DNA of 46,948 nt from a virus (Duplodnaviria; Caudoviricetes): IMG/VR virus record IMGVR_UViG_3300010048_000006, positions 1 to 46,948 of that record, one strand, 5' to 3'. Each line of letters opens with the position of its first letter. Position 1 is the stretch's first letter. The translations under genes and the position numbers were made by a program. The notes under the pieces were generated by a model. That model saw only the letters and a list, made by a program, of their open reading frames with translations, searched no databases and was not told the DNA's origin. Positions 37,283 through 45,661 of this stretch are shown here, in pieces.

Positions 37283-37996
37283 TTATGCTGTTGCAAACTT
37301 CATTGCTTTTTTACGCTTCGTATAGGCTTCAGGTGTTACACCCATCTGACTCGCAATACGAAGTTCCTCGTCGGACAGTTTATCATCATGTGTGGTATTT
37401 ACTGGAGGCGTCCCTCCAGTTACAGCCGGCTCTAGGAAGTTGTACTTCTGTTTCCTCACTTCAGGGTTGGCAAGCTCGTCAGCATGAGTTCCTTTTAGAA
37501 ACATATAAATACCGAGCCACGCTTGAGGAGTTGTAAGATTGGCAACAGGATACTTCTTTGACTCAACATCAATCTCACTACTCCAAGCCTGAAAGAGCCG
37601 GCCATCAATAGTCCTGTTCGTGATATCCTGATTTGTAAGCTGTTGTTGAGCTAACATACGAGCTGTTTGAGCAAGACCAACTGCCGTCATCTGAGCAAGA
37701 GGTGCGATCTTCTTATTCAAAGCAGCATCAGGATTCTCAAACCAGTTAACCTCTTCCTCATCTTCCTTCTTCGACCCACCAGCTTGAATAGCAGCAAGCT
37801 GAGTCTTTACCTTGTCAAACTCGCTTTGCAAAGCTGCTTGAGCTGTTCCAGTTTCAGTCACCTTAGCCTCAGCAGCAGCAAGCTTCGTTTTCAAATCCTG
37901 AGCATCTTTAAGCTCCTGAGCAATCTGCTCAGGAGTTTTATTCCTCAAAGACTCAGGAAGTTTGTCTTCCTCTTCCTTGGTTTTGTACCACGGCAT
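37283..37996 (-). CDS. Putative scaffolding protein
   Basis: Coiled coil; C-terminal LSDEELRIASQMGVTPEAY. Confidence 0.7.
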   Translation of the reverse strand: MPWYKTKEEEDKLPESLRNKTPEQIAQELKDAQDLKTKLAAAEAKVTETGTAQAALQSEFDKVKTQLAAIQAGGSKKEDEEEVNWFENPDAALNKKIAPLAQMTAVGLAQTARMLAQQQLTNQDITNRTIDGRLFQAWSSEIDVESKKYPVANLTTPQAWLGIYMFLKGTHADELANPEVRKQKYNFLEPAVTGGTPPVNTTHDDKLSDEELRIASQMGVTPEAYTKRKKAMKFATA

Positions 37997-38264
37997 TGGG
38001 CTGTTCCTCCTCTATTTTCTTTCGTTTTCCAGTCGATACGTCGTGAAGATAGCTTCTTATCGAAGCTTCAAGTTCGATTAAAGTTCCAAGAGCTTGTAGC
38101 TCTCCTTGCGCCCGAAAAATCTCGACAGTGTCTTTCGACGTTGCAACAACTTTTTCTGCACTGTAAAACAACTCACGAAGAAACTCACTGTACGGGACTG
38201 GAGCCTGTTGAAGCCAAGACAGGGTCTTGTTCGGCTCCCGAGCTAGTAGTTCTCTCGCTGACAT
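37953..38264 (-). CDS. Small protein downstream of the portal
   Basis: IFRAQGELQAL motif; position. Confidence 0.65.
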   Translation of the reverse strand: MSARELLAREPNKTLSWLQQAPVPYSEFLRELFYSAEKVVATSKDTVEIFRAQGELQALGTLIELEASIRSYLHDVSTGKRKKIEEEQPNAVVQNQGRGRQTS

Positions 38265-40068
38265 TGGGCTGTTCCTCGCCTTCTTTAAATGGGTCAGGTA
38301 CTAAAGCTTCGACCTCTTCGTGTCCGAAATTCTTGAGGAGTTTTTTCATCAACAAATTCGAGGCTATAATAACCTCAACGAAGTATCTTTTAACTATAGG
38401 AGGAGTCATAACTCCTTGCATAGACGCAAGAAGTTGTGCAATCATTTGGTAATGACGAGCCATTTGGGACGATAACAAGAGGTCGTTTTGTTTTTCAACC
38501 TCTTTGTTAACAGAGGCCGTTGAGGAGTAGCACGGGAGGGCGATTTTATGTTGGACAATTAAATCAATAGCCTCCTTAATAAGAGTGCTCTTTTTGCCAA
38601 AAAGTTCGAGGCGTTTTTGGTGAAATGGATTGTCCTTTCCAAACCTACCATACTGCTCAGTAACCAGCCTCATCAAACGGGTATGAGCATCTCTCATGTC
38701 CGAAACATTTAGGTCTTTTCTTGAATTACCCTCTTGTAAAACAGCAAGAGTTCCCATCGCAGAGTAAATTCCACGTTTGCCAGTTGATACTCCGGCACCA
38801 AAGCCTTGCTGCGGGGGACTAACTCCGCTTCTCCGCTCGGCCAAATCAAGAAGTAGACGTAGGTCTTCGATGTTAATTTGGGATAAATCCCCGTGAGCCA
38901 ACGCCTCCACTTCTCCCTCTTCTGCCGGAAGCATGGCGCTTGGATAGATTCGATAACCTTGATGTAGTTTCGAATCAGGAGAGACCCTCCAGACCCTTGT
39001 ATTAGCAACGGTCTGATTATCTCGGTATCCATTGTAACTTTCAGAAGCGCCCTCTTGAAAAGCCCACAAAACCTCTGCAAATCCATAGCCGTGATACATA
39101 TCGTCTCGATGAGCCATTCTTGCTGAGACGAACCATTCTGAGGGGAAGTTGTCCACTACAACACGAAGTATTTCGTTACTCCGCTCATGATACGCGATAA
39201 TCATTTTAGGAGCATAATTACCAAAACCCCTCCATTCAACATAACACTCCCAAATATCCCACTCGCCAGGAGCTCCGTATCCTTGTTCGGTTTTGGCTCC
39301 AAGCTGTTCTTCTTTCCTTTCCTGAACAACATCTACTCCAGGACGGTCAGGAATCTTTAGTACTTCAGCAGCAGACTCTTTGTTATAGATTCCCGCAAAC
39401 GTTCGTTCTTCAATCTGATACCTCTGCATCGTCCTTTTATGAGCTTTAAAATCTGCGTCCTCAAGAGACTTCGCTGTTGGAGGAATGTAAAAATCCGAGA
39501 AAGGAAGCTTCTCTGGACGAGGTCCACTGTAAATTGTTTTTGTTTGAAAGTCCTCTTTCGTTCCTGTCCCATCTCCACCAGGGATGATAAAATCTCTAGT
39601 TCTATCCTCCCAAGGCGACTTGTATGTAGTCGTACCATACTTTATAGTCTCGCGCATTCCCTCATTATACACGCGATAAAGGTCAAGCTCTTGAGGTTCA
39701 ATCCCAACATACTGCATGAATTTTGTGTAAGCCTCTTTCATCTCATCAGAGATACCAGAGTCATCTCCATACACCATGACGCTGACAAGAGGATTCGTCT
39801 TAAAGATTGCTGCCATTAACTGCGCGTGTAGGGTCTCAGTATGAATTGCAATGATAGGAACAATAAGATTGCTCGCGTTTTGAAAAGGAAACTCTCGCGT
39901 TTCTTCCTTCGGACGAGCTTCGTAAGCTGCGTTCCACTTAACAATCTTCTGCTCCATCAACTCCTTCATCCCGAATTTTAGCTGAAGGACTCTTTGCTTC
40001 AAAAAGACCTTCAAATCTCTGGTCTTTTCGTCCGACAACTTCATCGGGATGAGGAGTTGATCAGGCAT
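38185..40068 (-). CDS. Portal protein (podovirus-type)
   Basis: FPFQNASNLIVP, KYGT, YHGYGF, AERRSGVS; 627 aa downstream of terL. Confidence 0.82.
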   Translation of the reverse strand: MPDQLLIPMKLSDEKTRDLKVFLKQRVLQLKFGMKELMEQKIVKWNAAYEARPKEETREFPFQNASNLIVPIIAIHTETLHAQLMAAIFKTNPLVSVMVYGDDSGISDEMKEAYTKFMQYVGIEPQELDLYRVYNEGMRETIKYGTTTYKSPWEDRTRDFIIPGGDGTGTKEDFQTKTIYSGPRPEKLPFSDFYIPPTAKSLEDADFKAHKRTMQRYQIEERTFAGIYNKESAAEVLKIPDRPGVDVVQERKEEQLGAKTEQGYGAPGEWDIWECYVEWRGFGNYAPKMIIAYHERSNEILRVVVDNFPSEWFVSARMAHRDDMYHGYGFAEVLWAFQEGASESYNGYRDNQTVANTRVWRVSPDSKLHQGYRIYPSAMLPAEEGEVEALAHGDLSQINIEDLRLLLDLAERRSGVSPPQQGFGAGVSTGKRGIYSAMGTLAVLQEGNSRKDLNVSDMRDAHTRLMRLVTEQYGRFGKDNPFHQKRLELFGKKSTLIKEAIDLIVQHKIALPCYSSTASVNKEVEKQNDLLLSSQMARHYQMIAQLLASMQGVMTPPIVKRYFVEVIIASNLLMKKLLKNFGHEEVEALVPDPFKEGEEQPNVSERTTSSGAEQDPVLASTGSSPVQ

Positions 40069-40072
40069 TTAT

Positions 40073-40540
40073 TTATGCCGTTTGATTGATTTCCATCGCC
40101 GTCGGAGTCGGTACAGACGCCGGCAGGATAGGCACATTCACAGTTACTCCAAGAGGAGAAGCAGCTCCGGGGGGAGTAAAGTTCGTCGTGCAGGTTAGAT
40201 TGAAACTCGTCTTTGTATCAGTTGAAGGAACCAATGCAATACAACTAGTCCCACTCGCACTCTGTTGAAGTTGAACTGACGGGTCATCTGCTGTCCATGT
40301 AAACGCTGTTCCACCTGGAAAAGCTGCTCCTGGAGGAGCAGAGGGTGTTTCTTGAAATGTCCCCTGCCCCCCTAGAGGTACTCCCAAAACAGACATAAGC
40401 CCTCCTCTTTCATCGACTTGGTATATTCGGATAGAGTCTGGAATTCGTGCATCATATTTTAAAATCCAGACAATCTCTCGAAGACTTTGAGCAATACAAG
40501 TAAGAGACTCTTTAATCGAAGGTGTCTTGCTCGGCCACAT
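40073..40540 (-). CDS. Ig-like domain protein (possible internal start at 40396)
   Basis: FTWTADDPSV; strong RBS before ATG 40396. Confidence 0.55.
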   Translation of the reverse strand: MWPSKTPSIKESLTCIAQSLREIVWILKYDARIPDSIRIYQVDERGGLMSVLGVPLGGQGTFQETPSAPPGAAFPGGTAFTWTADDPSVQLQQSASGTSCIALVPSTDTKTSFNLTCTTNFTPPGAASPLGVTVNVPILPASVPTPTAMEINQTA

Positions 40541-41134
40541 TTAGAAACGGAATCCAATTGAAGTAATAAATTGGTTCGCGTTTGATAATGTGACGCCATT
40601 TCCAGGAAAAAACTTGGATTGAACTCGGTCGTACTCAAGCAAGCGCCAAATAACATGAGTGCTACTAATAGTGTCAATCCCTACACCAAACTTGTAGGCG
40701 AAATGAGTCGTTGTGTCTGTCCCTACAGGACAAGCACTTGTAGCTACACAACTTGAACGAGCAGCACCTACTCCAACATTAACGAACGGCTGGAAGACTT
40801 TACCGTCCAAAAAAGTGGCACTTGAAAACTGAAATCGAAACTCTGGACCTCCGGTCAAAACATTTCCACCAGGACTTGTGGTAAAAACGTTGTCGATTCG
40901 ACCAGACACTGTCATGGCATCGTTCTTTAGAGGACCAGACGCAAAACCAGGGTTGGTATAGATTGGAGCTGCAAAAGACGTAAGTACTCCACTACCAAGA
41001 CCTTGATTCGTTACACCTGTATAACCAACATAAGCCGACACACCAAAACCTGGTAGTTGTGGAGGTGCTGACTGTGCTTCCAAACCGAGGGCCGAAAGGA
41101 GTATAACTGTTAACAAAAGTAACGATTTCTTCAC
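40541..41134 (-). CDS. Outer-membrane beta-barrel protein
   Basis: Signal peptide ...LEA-Q, QPFVNVGVG, C-terminal IGFRF (Bam-type aromatic end). Confidence 0.75.
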   Translation of the reverse strand: MKKSLLLLTVILLSALGLEAQSAPPQLPGFGVSAYVGYTGVTNQGLGSGVLTSFAAPIYTNPGFASGPLKNDAMTVSGRIDNVFTTSPGGNVLTGGPEFRFQFSSATFLDGKVFQPFVNVGVGAARSSCVATSACPVGTDTTTHFAYKFGVGIDTISSTHVIWRLLEYDRVQSKFFPGNGVTLSNANQFITSIGFRF

Positions 41135-41382
41135 GGCGTATTTCCTCCATTAGGCTCTGCTGGAGCCGGGTTTTTGCTCAAGAAAATCATTAGGTGAATC
41201 ACACCAGCGATAAGAAAAGTAACACCAAAACGGTAAAGCAAAACACTCGGCCTAATTGCATTCCCTGTCGTAACATCAACTGTGAGATTAGCAAACGTCG
41301 CTGAAACAGCACCAGCTCCTCCCCCCACAAAAGATGACTCAATACCAACAAGCCATTGTTTCCAATTCTTGGGCAGGGACAT
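41131..41382 (-). CDS. Holin-like membrane protein
   Basis: Two hydrophobic segments in 83 aa. Confidence 0.5.
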   Translation of the reverse strand: MSLPKNWKQWLVGIESSFVGGGAGAVSATFANLTVDVTTGNAIRPSVLLYRFGVTFLIAGVIHLMIFLSKNPAPAEPNGGNTP

Positions 41383-41390
41383 TTATTCTC

Positions 41391-41576
41391 CTACTTCCAA
41401 ACCGTTTTGACTCTTGTTGGTAAGTCTTCGGGATCAAGACCGTTTCTTTTACAATAGTCGAGTATAAGTATTTCATGCTCAACCAAGAAACGAGTCATTA
41501 AACGCTCAATCTTCCAAGAAAGAAGGAAGAAAGCTCCAATATTCGAAGCTGCCAAAGCTATTAAATCCCAAACCAA
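41391..41576 (-). CDS. Small membrane protein
   Basis: N-terminal hydrophobic helix. Confidence 0.45.
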   Translation of the reverse strand: MVWDLIALAASNIGAFFLLSWKIERLMTRFLVEHEILILDYCKRNGLDPEDLPTRVKTVWK

Positions 41577-41591
41577 TGGCGGAATCGTAGG

Positions 41592-41705
41592 TCACTTTCC
41601 TTTGTGGGGCTTTAGACCTGTCGATTTTACACATATTGCCCAAGCTGACTTCTTTCCTTTTTTCCTCTTTACTTGATTGACGCAATCAATGAGTTTTTTA
41701 GGCAT
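41592..41705 (-). CDS. Small basic protein (37 aa)
   Basis: MPKKLIDCVNQVKRKKGKKSAWAICVKSTG...; TGATG overlap with terL. Confidence 0.5.
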   Translation of the reverse strand: MPKKLIDCVNQVKRKKGKKSAWAICVKSTGLKPHKGK

Positions 41706-43387
41706 CAATTCACCGGAGTACAATAAGGCTGATTGACTCTACGAGCGCCTCGTTGATTTGCACTAAGCATCTTCATGTAATGCTCATATTGCTGTGGTAG
41801 TTTGACCATTTGTGGCGCGTATGCAAGAGCATCAAGCATGTCAACAAAGCGACCCTTCGGAAAGGAGGTGTACTCTCCTAGAAAATCCTGGAACTTTCTT
41901 TGAGTATAAAACTTACAAGACTCGAAAAGAGGAGCCAGAACGTTTCTAATCCTCCACTCTTTTTTCCTTGTAAGCTCACCATCAGGACCTTCAACTTCGC
42001 CTTTCAGTTCCACAATCTTAAGAGGGCGACTCTTTAACTGAGCAAGAGTTTGAATATGATGTCCTATGTATTTCTGAGCCGCGATTGTTTCAAGTCCTAT
42101 CTTTATGAGACGCCATTTATTGGCCATCTCGAAAATCTTTCCATAAAACTCATCATACGACGAGGCTTTAGCCCAACAGTCGAGTAGGTAGCCACTACCA
42201 TCACACGCAGTCCCAAAGACAATAATCGCATGTCGACAACGACCACTTCCAGAATTACCGGAGTGGTTGGGGTCAACTGTCATACAAATTGAGAGATGAT
42301 TAACTGGAATGTCTTTCTTAACAGTCCCATTAACCACCTCATGAACAATCAAACGACGAAAGCCATTATGCTCACAAGGTTCTTCAATTTGAAAATGACG
42401 CAGCCATTCTTCACGAAAGTCCGCATTTTCCGGCGCGGCAGGATTGTTCAAAAACTGACACGAGAAGTGGTAATTACCGAGGCGTCGTCTCCACCTATCT
42501 AGTTTTTCCGCTGAGAATTCTTCGGGAAAAATGGGAGTATCAATAGGATGCTCAGGACAACAGCCACCAAGAGCACTGTGAGTGACAACTCGAAACCAAG
42601 GCTCGTGCTCAATAATGTGACTATTAAGGTCAGTAAAAGACCAACGATTACCGACCACAAATTCGGGATTCTCGTGGTTCGCATCTTCTGTCTCAAAAGC
42701 ACCAACAACAAGGCGGTGATAGTCTATTGTCTTCTCCATCACCGAGACTGACTCAATTGCCTTACGACCGACAAGGTCGTCTTGAATCATTAGGCCATTA
42801 TAATGCCGAGACTGCAACGCTCCACCTACTCCAAGGAAGTCGTACGTTCCTTCTCCATGCGCGCCAGCATTAGGTCCGGGTTTGTGGTGAAGGGAGTAAG
42901 TGGTCCACGTGCAGGATGAATCGGGGATTATCTCAGGATACAACATACGGAAGTAGGACCCAGACTCGTAATGCTGAGCTATACGAGAACCCATCTTTGC
43001 TGCGTTCGTTATATTCTCTGCGACTAGAAGGTTACGCGAGTCTCTTTTATGTATCACCTTCATATAACGAACAAACTCGTCAGAGTACCCTAGTGTTTTG
43101 AAGAAGTCCTCGTCTGACTTCTCAAAGGGTAACGAGCGCCACATCGGAAAGCCTTCGCTACATAAGGTCGTTTTGAAATGGTCACGAGGAAGGGCGTAGA
43201 CGTCTTTAAGGAACTCTCGTTCGAGTGAAAGGCACCAAGGAAGATGTAGTTTATCGGTCAAACGTCGACGGCGAAGTATTACTTTAATGAAGTAATAAAG
43301 ACTGCCATGACCATTAGCCCTCATCTTTTGAAGCTTCAATGGGGGAGGGTCGGTAGCCTCTATATTTAGTTTAGTAAACGTTTCCAA
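41705..43387 (-). CDS. terL: Terminase large subunit
   Basis: PRDHFKTT Walker A variant, SRHY...IQDDLV, VVGNRW, FSCQFLNNP, TVDP, FPKGRFVDMLDALAY. Confidence 0.92.
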   Translation of the reverse strand: METFTKLNIEATDPPPLKLQKMRANGHGSLYYFIKVILRRRRLTDKLHLPWCLSLEREFLKDVYALPRDHFKTTLCSEGFPMWRSLPFEKSDEDFFKTLGYSDEFVRYMKVIHKRDSRNLLVAENITNAAKMGSRIAQHYESGSYFRMLYPEIIPDSSCTWTTYSLHHKPGPNAGAHGEGTYDFLGVGGALQSRHYNGLMIQDDLVGRKAIESVSVMEKTIDYHRLVVGAFETEDANHENPEFVVGNRWSFTDLNSHIIEHEPWFRVVTHSALGGCCPEHPIDTPIFPEEFSAEKLDRWRRRLGNYHFSCQFLNNPAAPENADFREEWLRHFQIEEPCEHNGFRRLIVHEVVNGTVKKDIPVNHLSICMTVDPNHSGNSGSGRCRHAIIVFGTACDGSGYLLDCWAKASSYDEFYGKIFEMANKWRLIKIGLETIAAQKYIGHHIQTLAQLKSRPLKIVELKGEVEGPDGELTRKKEWRIRNVLAPLFESCKFYTQRKFQDFLGEYTSFPKGRFVDMLDALAYAPQMVKLPQQYEHYMKMLSANQRGARRVNQPYCTPVN

Positions 43388-43414
43388 AAAGACTCAGTTC
43401 CAGGGGCTGACCAG

Positions 43415-44051
43415 AAATCTGTGTCGCTTAAAATCGCGGCAGGCGTGGCCTGCACCGTGCTCCTTCGCGGGCGGTTTTTGCCCGCGAACAGGGCCATTAT
43501 GCCTCCCCGACAGCAAGGGCACAAAGCCTTAACATTCTATGTCGGACAATTTCTGTCGGTTGACGGCATCCAGTCGAGAGCCCTGTTAGTGCCTCGGAGC
43601 TGAATATTCGTGCCTGAATTGTCCGACAAACTTTGTTTCCAAACCTTTTTAACGTCCTTCATTTTAAGGTTCGTTTCGGTTTTGAGGTGCTCAATTATTG
43701 CTACCTCGTTCACAGAAACCCATTTTCTATAACGACCTTTTCCTAAAGGCTTTATTCCTAAAACATTTCTATCAAGATTTGCTTCATAGAGACCAAGCCA
43801 ATTGTTGCACAATTGACAAAGGATGCCACGAAAGAAGCCTGTTCGGTGATTATGGTCTCTTACTAAGAGAGAAAAAGAGCCACAAATTTTACAAGATGGG
43901 CGGTCTCCACTCATCTTTTCTTCCTTTTCTTCGGAATAGAACTAGAAGCGAAGCTTGCTGTGTTCGGGTAAGAGGCTGGTTGATGCGCGATGCCCGAACC
44001 GGACTGTCCAGTTTTACCTCGTTTAGGACCGCGAAAATCGACACGGGATTT
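43415..44051 (-). ncRNA. Candidate large structured RNA enclosing the endonuclease VII ORF
   Basis: Series of nested long-range complementary segments plus a pseudoknot (see findings). Confidence 0.45.
43537..43914 (-). CDS. Endonuclease VII-family (His-Me finger) nuclease
   Basis: CKICG...VRDHNHRTGFFRGILCQLCNNWLG. Confidence 0.85.
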   Translation of the reverse strand: MSGDRPSCKICGSFSLLVRDHNHRTGFFRGILCQLCNNWLGLYEANLDRNVLGIKPLGKGRYRKWVSVNEVAIIEHLKTETNLKMKDVKKVWKQSLSDNSGTNIQLRGTNRALDWMPSTDRNCPT

Positions 44052-44087
44052 ACTCCCAGGATTGGCTCCACCAAAACCGAAGGCCAT
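43911..44087 (-). CDS. Small basic protein (58 aa)
   Basis: MAFGFGGANPGSKSRV...PKKRKKR; TAATG and ATGA overlaps on both sides. Confidence 0.45.
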   Translation of the reverse strand: MAFGFGGANPGSKSRVDFRGPKRGKTGQSGSGIAHQPASYPNTASFASSSIPKKRKKR

Positions 44088-44461
44088 TAGACAAGTCCTT
44101 TCGAAATAACTACACCTTTATCAAAGAAAAGTTTCCACGTTTGGTAGGGAAGGCTGTGTGATACTTCAAAAGAAAAATACTCATCAATAAGACAATTTAC
44201 TTCACTGTTCCAGGTGTAGGGAGTATGAGGAACACCAAGTAACTCCACAGCTACAAATTTATTCTCAGGCCCGATGAGGAGGTACTTTGGCTTTCCTAGA
44301 TTGTTTTCCTTTCCCTTATCAACAGCCCACTGAAGTGATTTGAAAGACAAATCACAACTGATAGGAAGTTCAATTTCTTTCGGAGTATTTTTTCCTCCTT
44401 TGAAAAAGAGAGCCAGAGGTGATATACTCAAAAAGGACAGGAAGCTTCGCCGTCCTAACAC
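44087..44461 (-). CDS. Tat-signal protein paralogous to the C-terminal part of the major capsid protein
   Basis: GRRSFL twin-arginine motif; body aligns by eye to the MCP segment DLSF...DK. Confidence 0.75.
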   Translation of the reverse strand: MLGRRSFLSFLSISPLALFFKGGKNTPKEIELPISCDLSFKSLQWAVDKGKENNLGKPKYLLIGPENKFVAVELLGVPHTPYTWNSEVNCLIDEYFSFEVSHSLPYQTWKLFFDKGVVISKGLV

Positions 44462-44922
44462 TAGTTTACCGCCTTTTCTGGATTAACAGCTGTTTTAACT
44501 TCGTTAGAAGCCACGACCGCAGCCTCAAGCGCCTCGGCGGACAGACCATTAGGGGTCACTGGAACTCTATTCTTGTCCTTTGTAAGAGTACAGTTCGGAT
44601 CTCGGTCAAGGATTTCCTTCGCCGCCTCGAAGCGCATTTTTAGGTCTTTGCCTTGTGTCACTGTATCCACCAAACACCGCAGGGCTGAAGGGACGGCGGC
44701 GGTTAGCTCTTGCCTTATTGCATTGACGTTACCCTCAAGCGCCGCGTCCATCTTGCCGAGGTGTCGTTGTTTAAGCGCGTCTTCGTAGTCTTTATATTCG
44801 TCAGTATTAACTAGTCGGTAAAACCCGCCGGGCGACATCTTGATAAGACGTTGTATCTCAACGTCTTTAATGCCCGCCAAACGGAAGCGCGCTATTTGAG
44901 GGATTTTAAGGTCAACTGGCAT
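44461..44922 (-). CDS. Putative terminase small subunit
   Basis: N-terminal HTH-like region, RFEAAKEILDR motif, upstream of terL. Confidence 0.55.
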   Translation of the reverse strand: MPVDLKIPQIARFRLAGIKDVEIQRLIKMSPGGFYRLVNTDEYKDYEDALKQRHLGKMDAALEGNVNAIRQELTAAVPSALRCLVDTVTQGKDLKMRFEAAKEILDRDPNCTLTKDKNRVPVTPNGLSAEALEAAVVASNEVKTAVNPEKAVN

Positions 44923-44963
44923 TTTGTTTGAGTTACTCCTGTGTCAAGAAACGCGGCGCGCGG

Positions 44964-45143
44964 CTAGCTTGCTTTAGTCACCGCTACAGCTGATGCAGCC
45001 TGCTTCTTTTCAACCGCCGCCTTGATTTCCTCAGGACTGTGAGAATCACAAGCAACTTCATTACCTAAACCTTTGAGCCAAGTAGTTCTGTGCGAGCCTA
45101 TACCACAAACTACACAGTACCTTTGAACTGGAGCATTTGGCAT
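44964..45143 (-). CDS. Small Zn-binding protein (59 aa)
   Basis: MPNAPVQRYCVVCG...CDSH; AGGAGG RBS; first gene of the late arm. Confidence 0.55.
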   Translation of the reverse strand: MPNAPVQRYCVVCGIGSHRTTWLKGLGNEVACDSHSPEEIKAAVEKKQAASAVAVTKAS

Positions 45144-45194
45144 ATCTGCCTCCTAAAATTTATTGAGGAACAAAGTGCTCGGTGTAGCGAAGCT

Positions 45195-45223
45195 ACGCTA
45201 CCACGGCTTGCCGTAAAATGCAA
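45195..45223 (-). promoter_or_regulatory. Sigma70-like promoter for the morphogenesis arm
   Basis: Minus strand TTGCAT-N17 (ending TGG)-TAGCGT with an A-rich upstream tract. Confidence 0.55.
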
Positions 45224-45321
45224 GCACTTTATTTTGTTTATTTTCTTACACTTACAAACCCGCCCACCTTTCCTTCAAAACTCAAACGCGTCGTTATACG
45301 AGTAGAAAGTGGTGAGATAAT

Positions 45322-45338
45322 TGTTAACAAAGTTAACA
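45322..45338. promoter_or_regulatory. Palindromic motif TGTTAAC-N3-GTTAACA (one of eight dispersed copies)
   Basis: TGTTAACAAAGTTAACA in the divergent intergenic region. Confidence 0.55.
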
Positions 45339-45661
45339 GATAGTTCTAAAAATATGGGAAAATTTTTCGTGGAGGTAAAGCACTCTCATTTTCATTTTCA
45401 CTTTTTGACCCCTGGGTACCTTCGGCCTCGGTTTCACTTAGGGTTAGGAGTTGAGCGAGGGCTCGGAGCCCCGAACACTATATATGCACATAGCAGGACG
45501 CTCCGTAACTACGTCAGCGCGCAATAACAGGTAGCCGCGTAGTGAAGTGGGCTCAGGATCAGCGGAACGCTGAAGGTGAGCTAACTAGCATCCTGAGCAT
45601 ACGAGCTAATACAGTGTGACGCTGATACGTCACAACACACTGTGCGTAGTGGGAGGGTTAT

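Noticed and set aside
37667-38452. 261-aa + strand ORF and other antisense ORFs in the track
   Set aside because: Shadow frames opposite well-supported genes, with no RBS or motifs.
43415-44051. Canonical group I or group II intron call
   Set aside because: GACTG/CAGTC occur in the wrong order for P7, there is no convincing J8/7, and there is no GUGYG start or domain V. Kept only as an unclassified structured element.
45551-45599. Hammerhead ribozyme in the three-way junction
   Set aside because: The CUGANGA and GAAA core nucleotides are absent on both strands.
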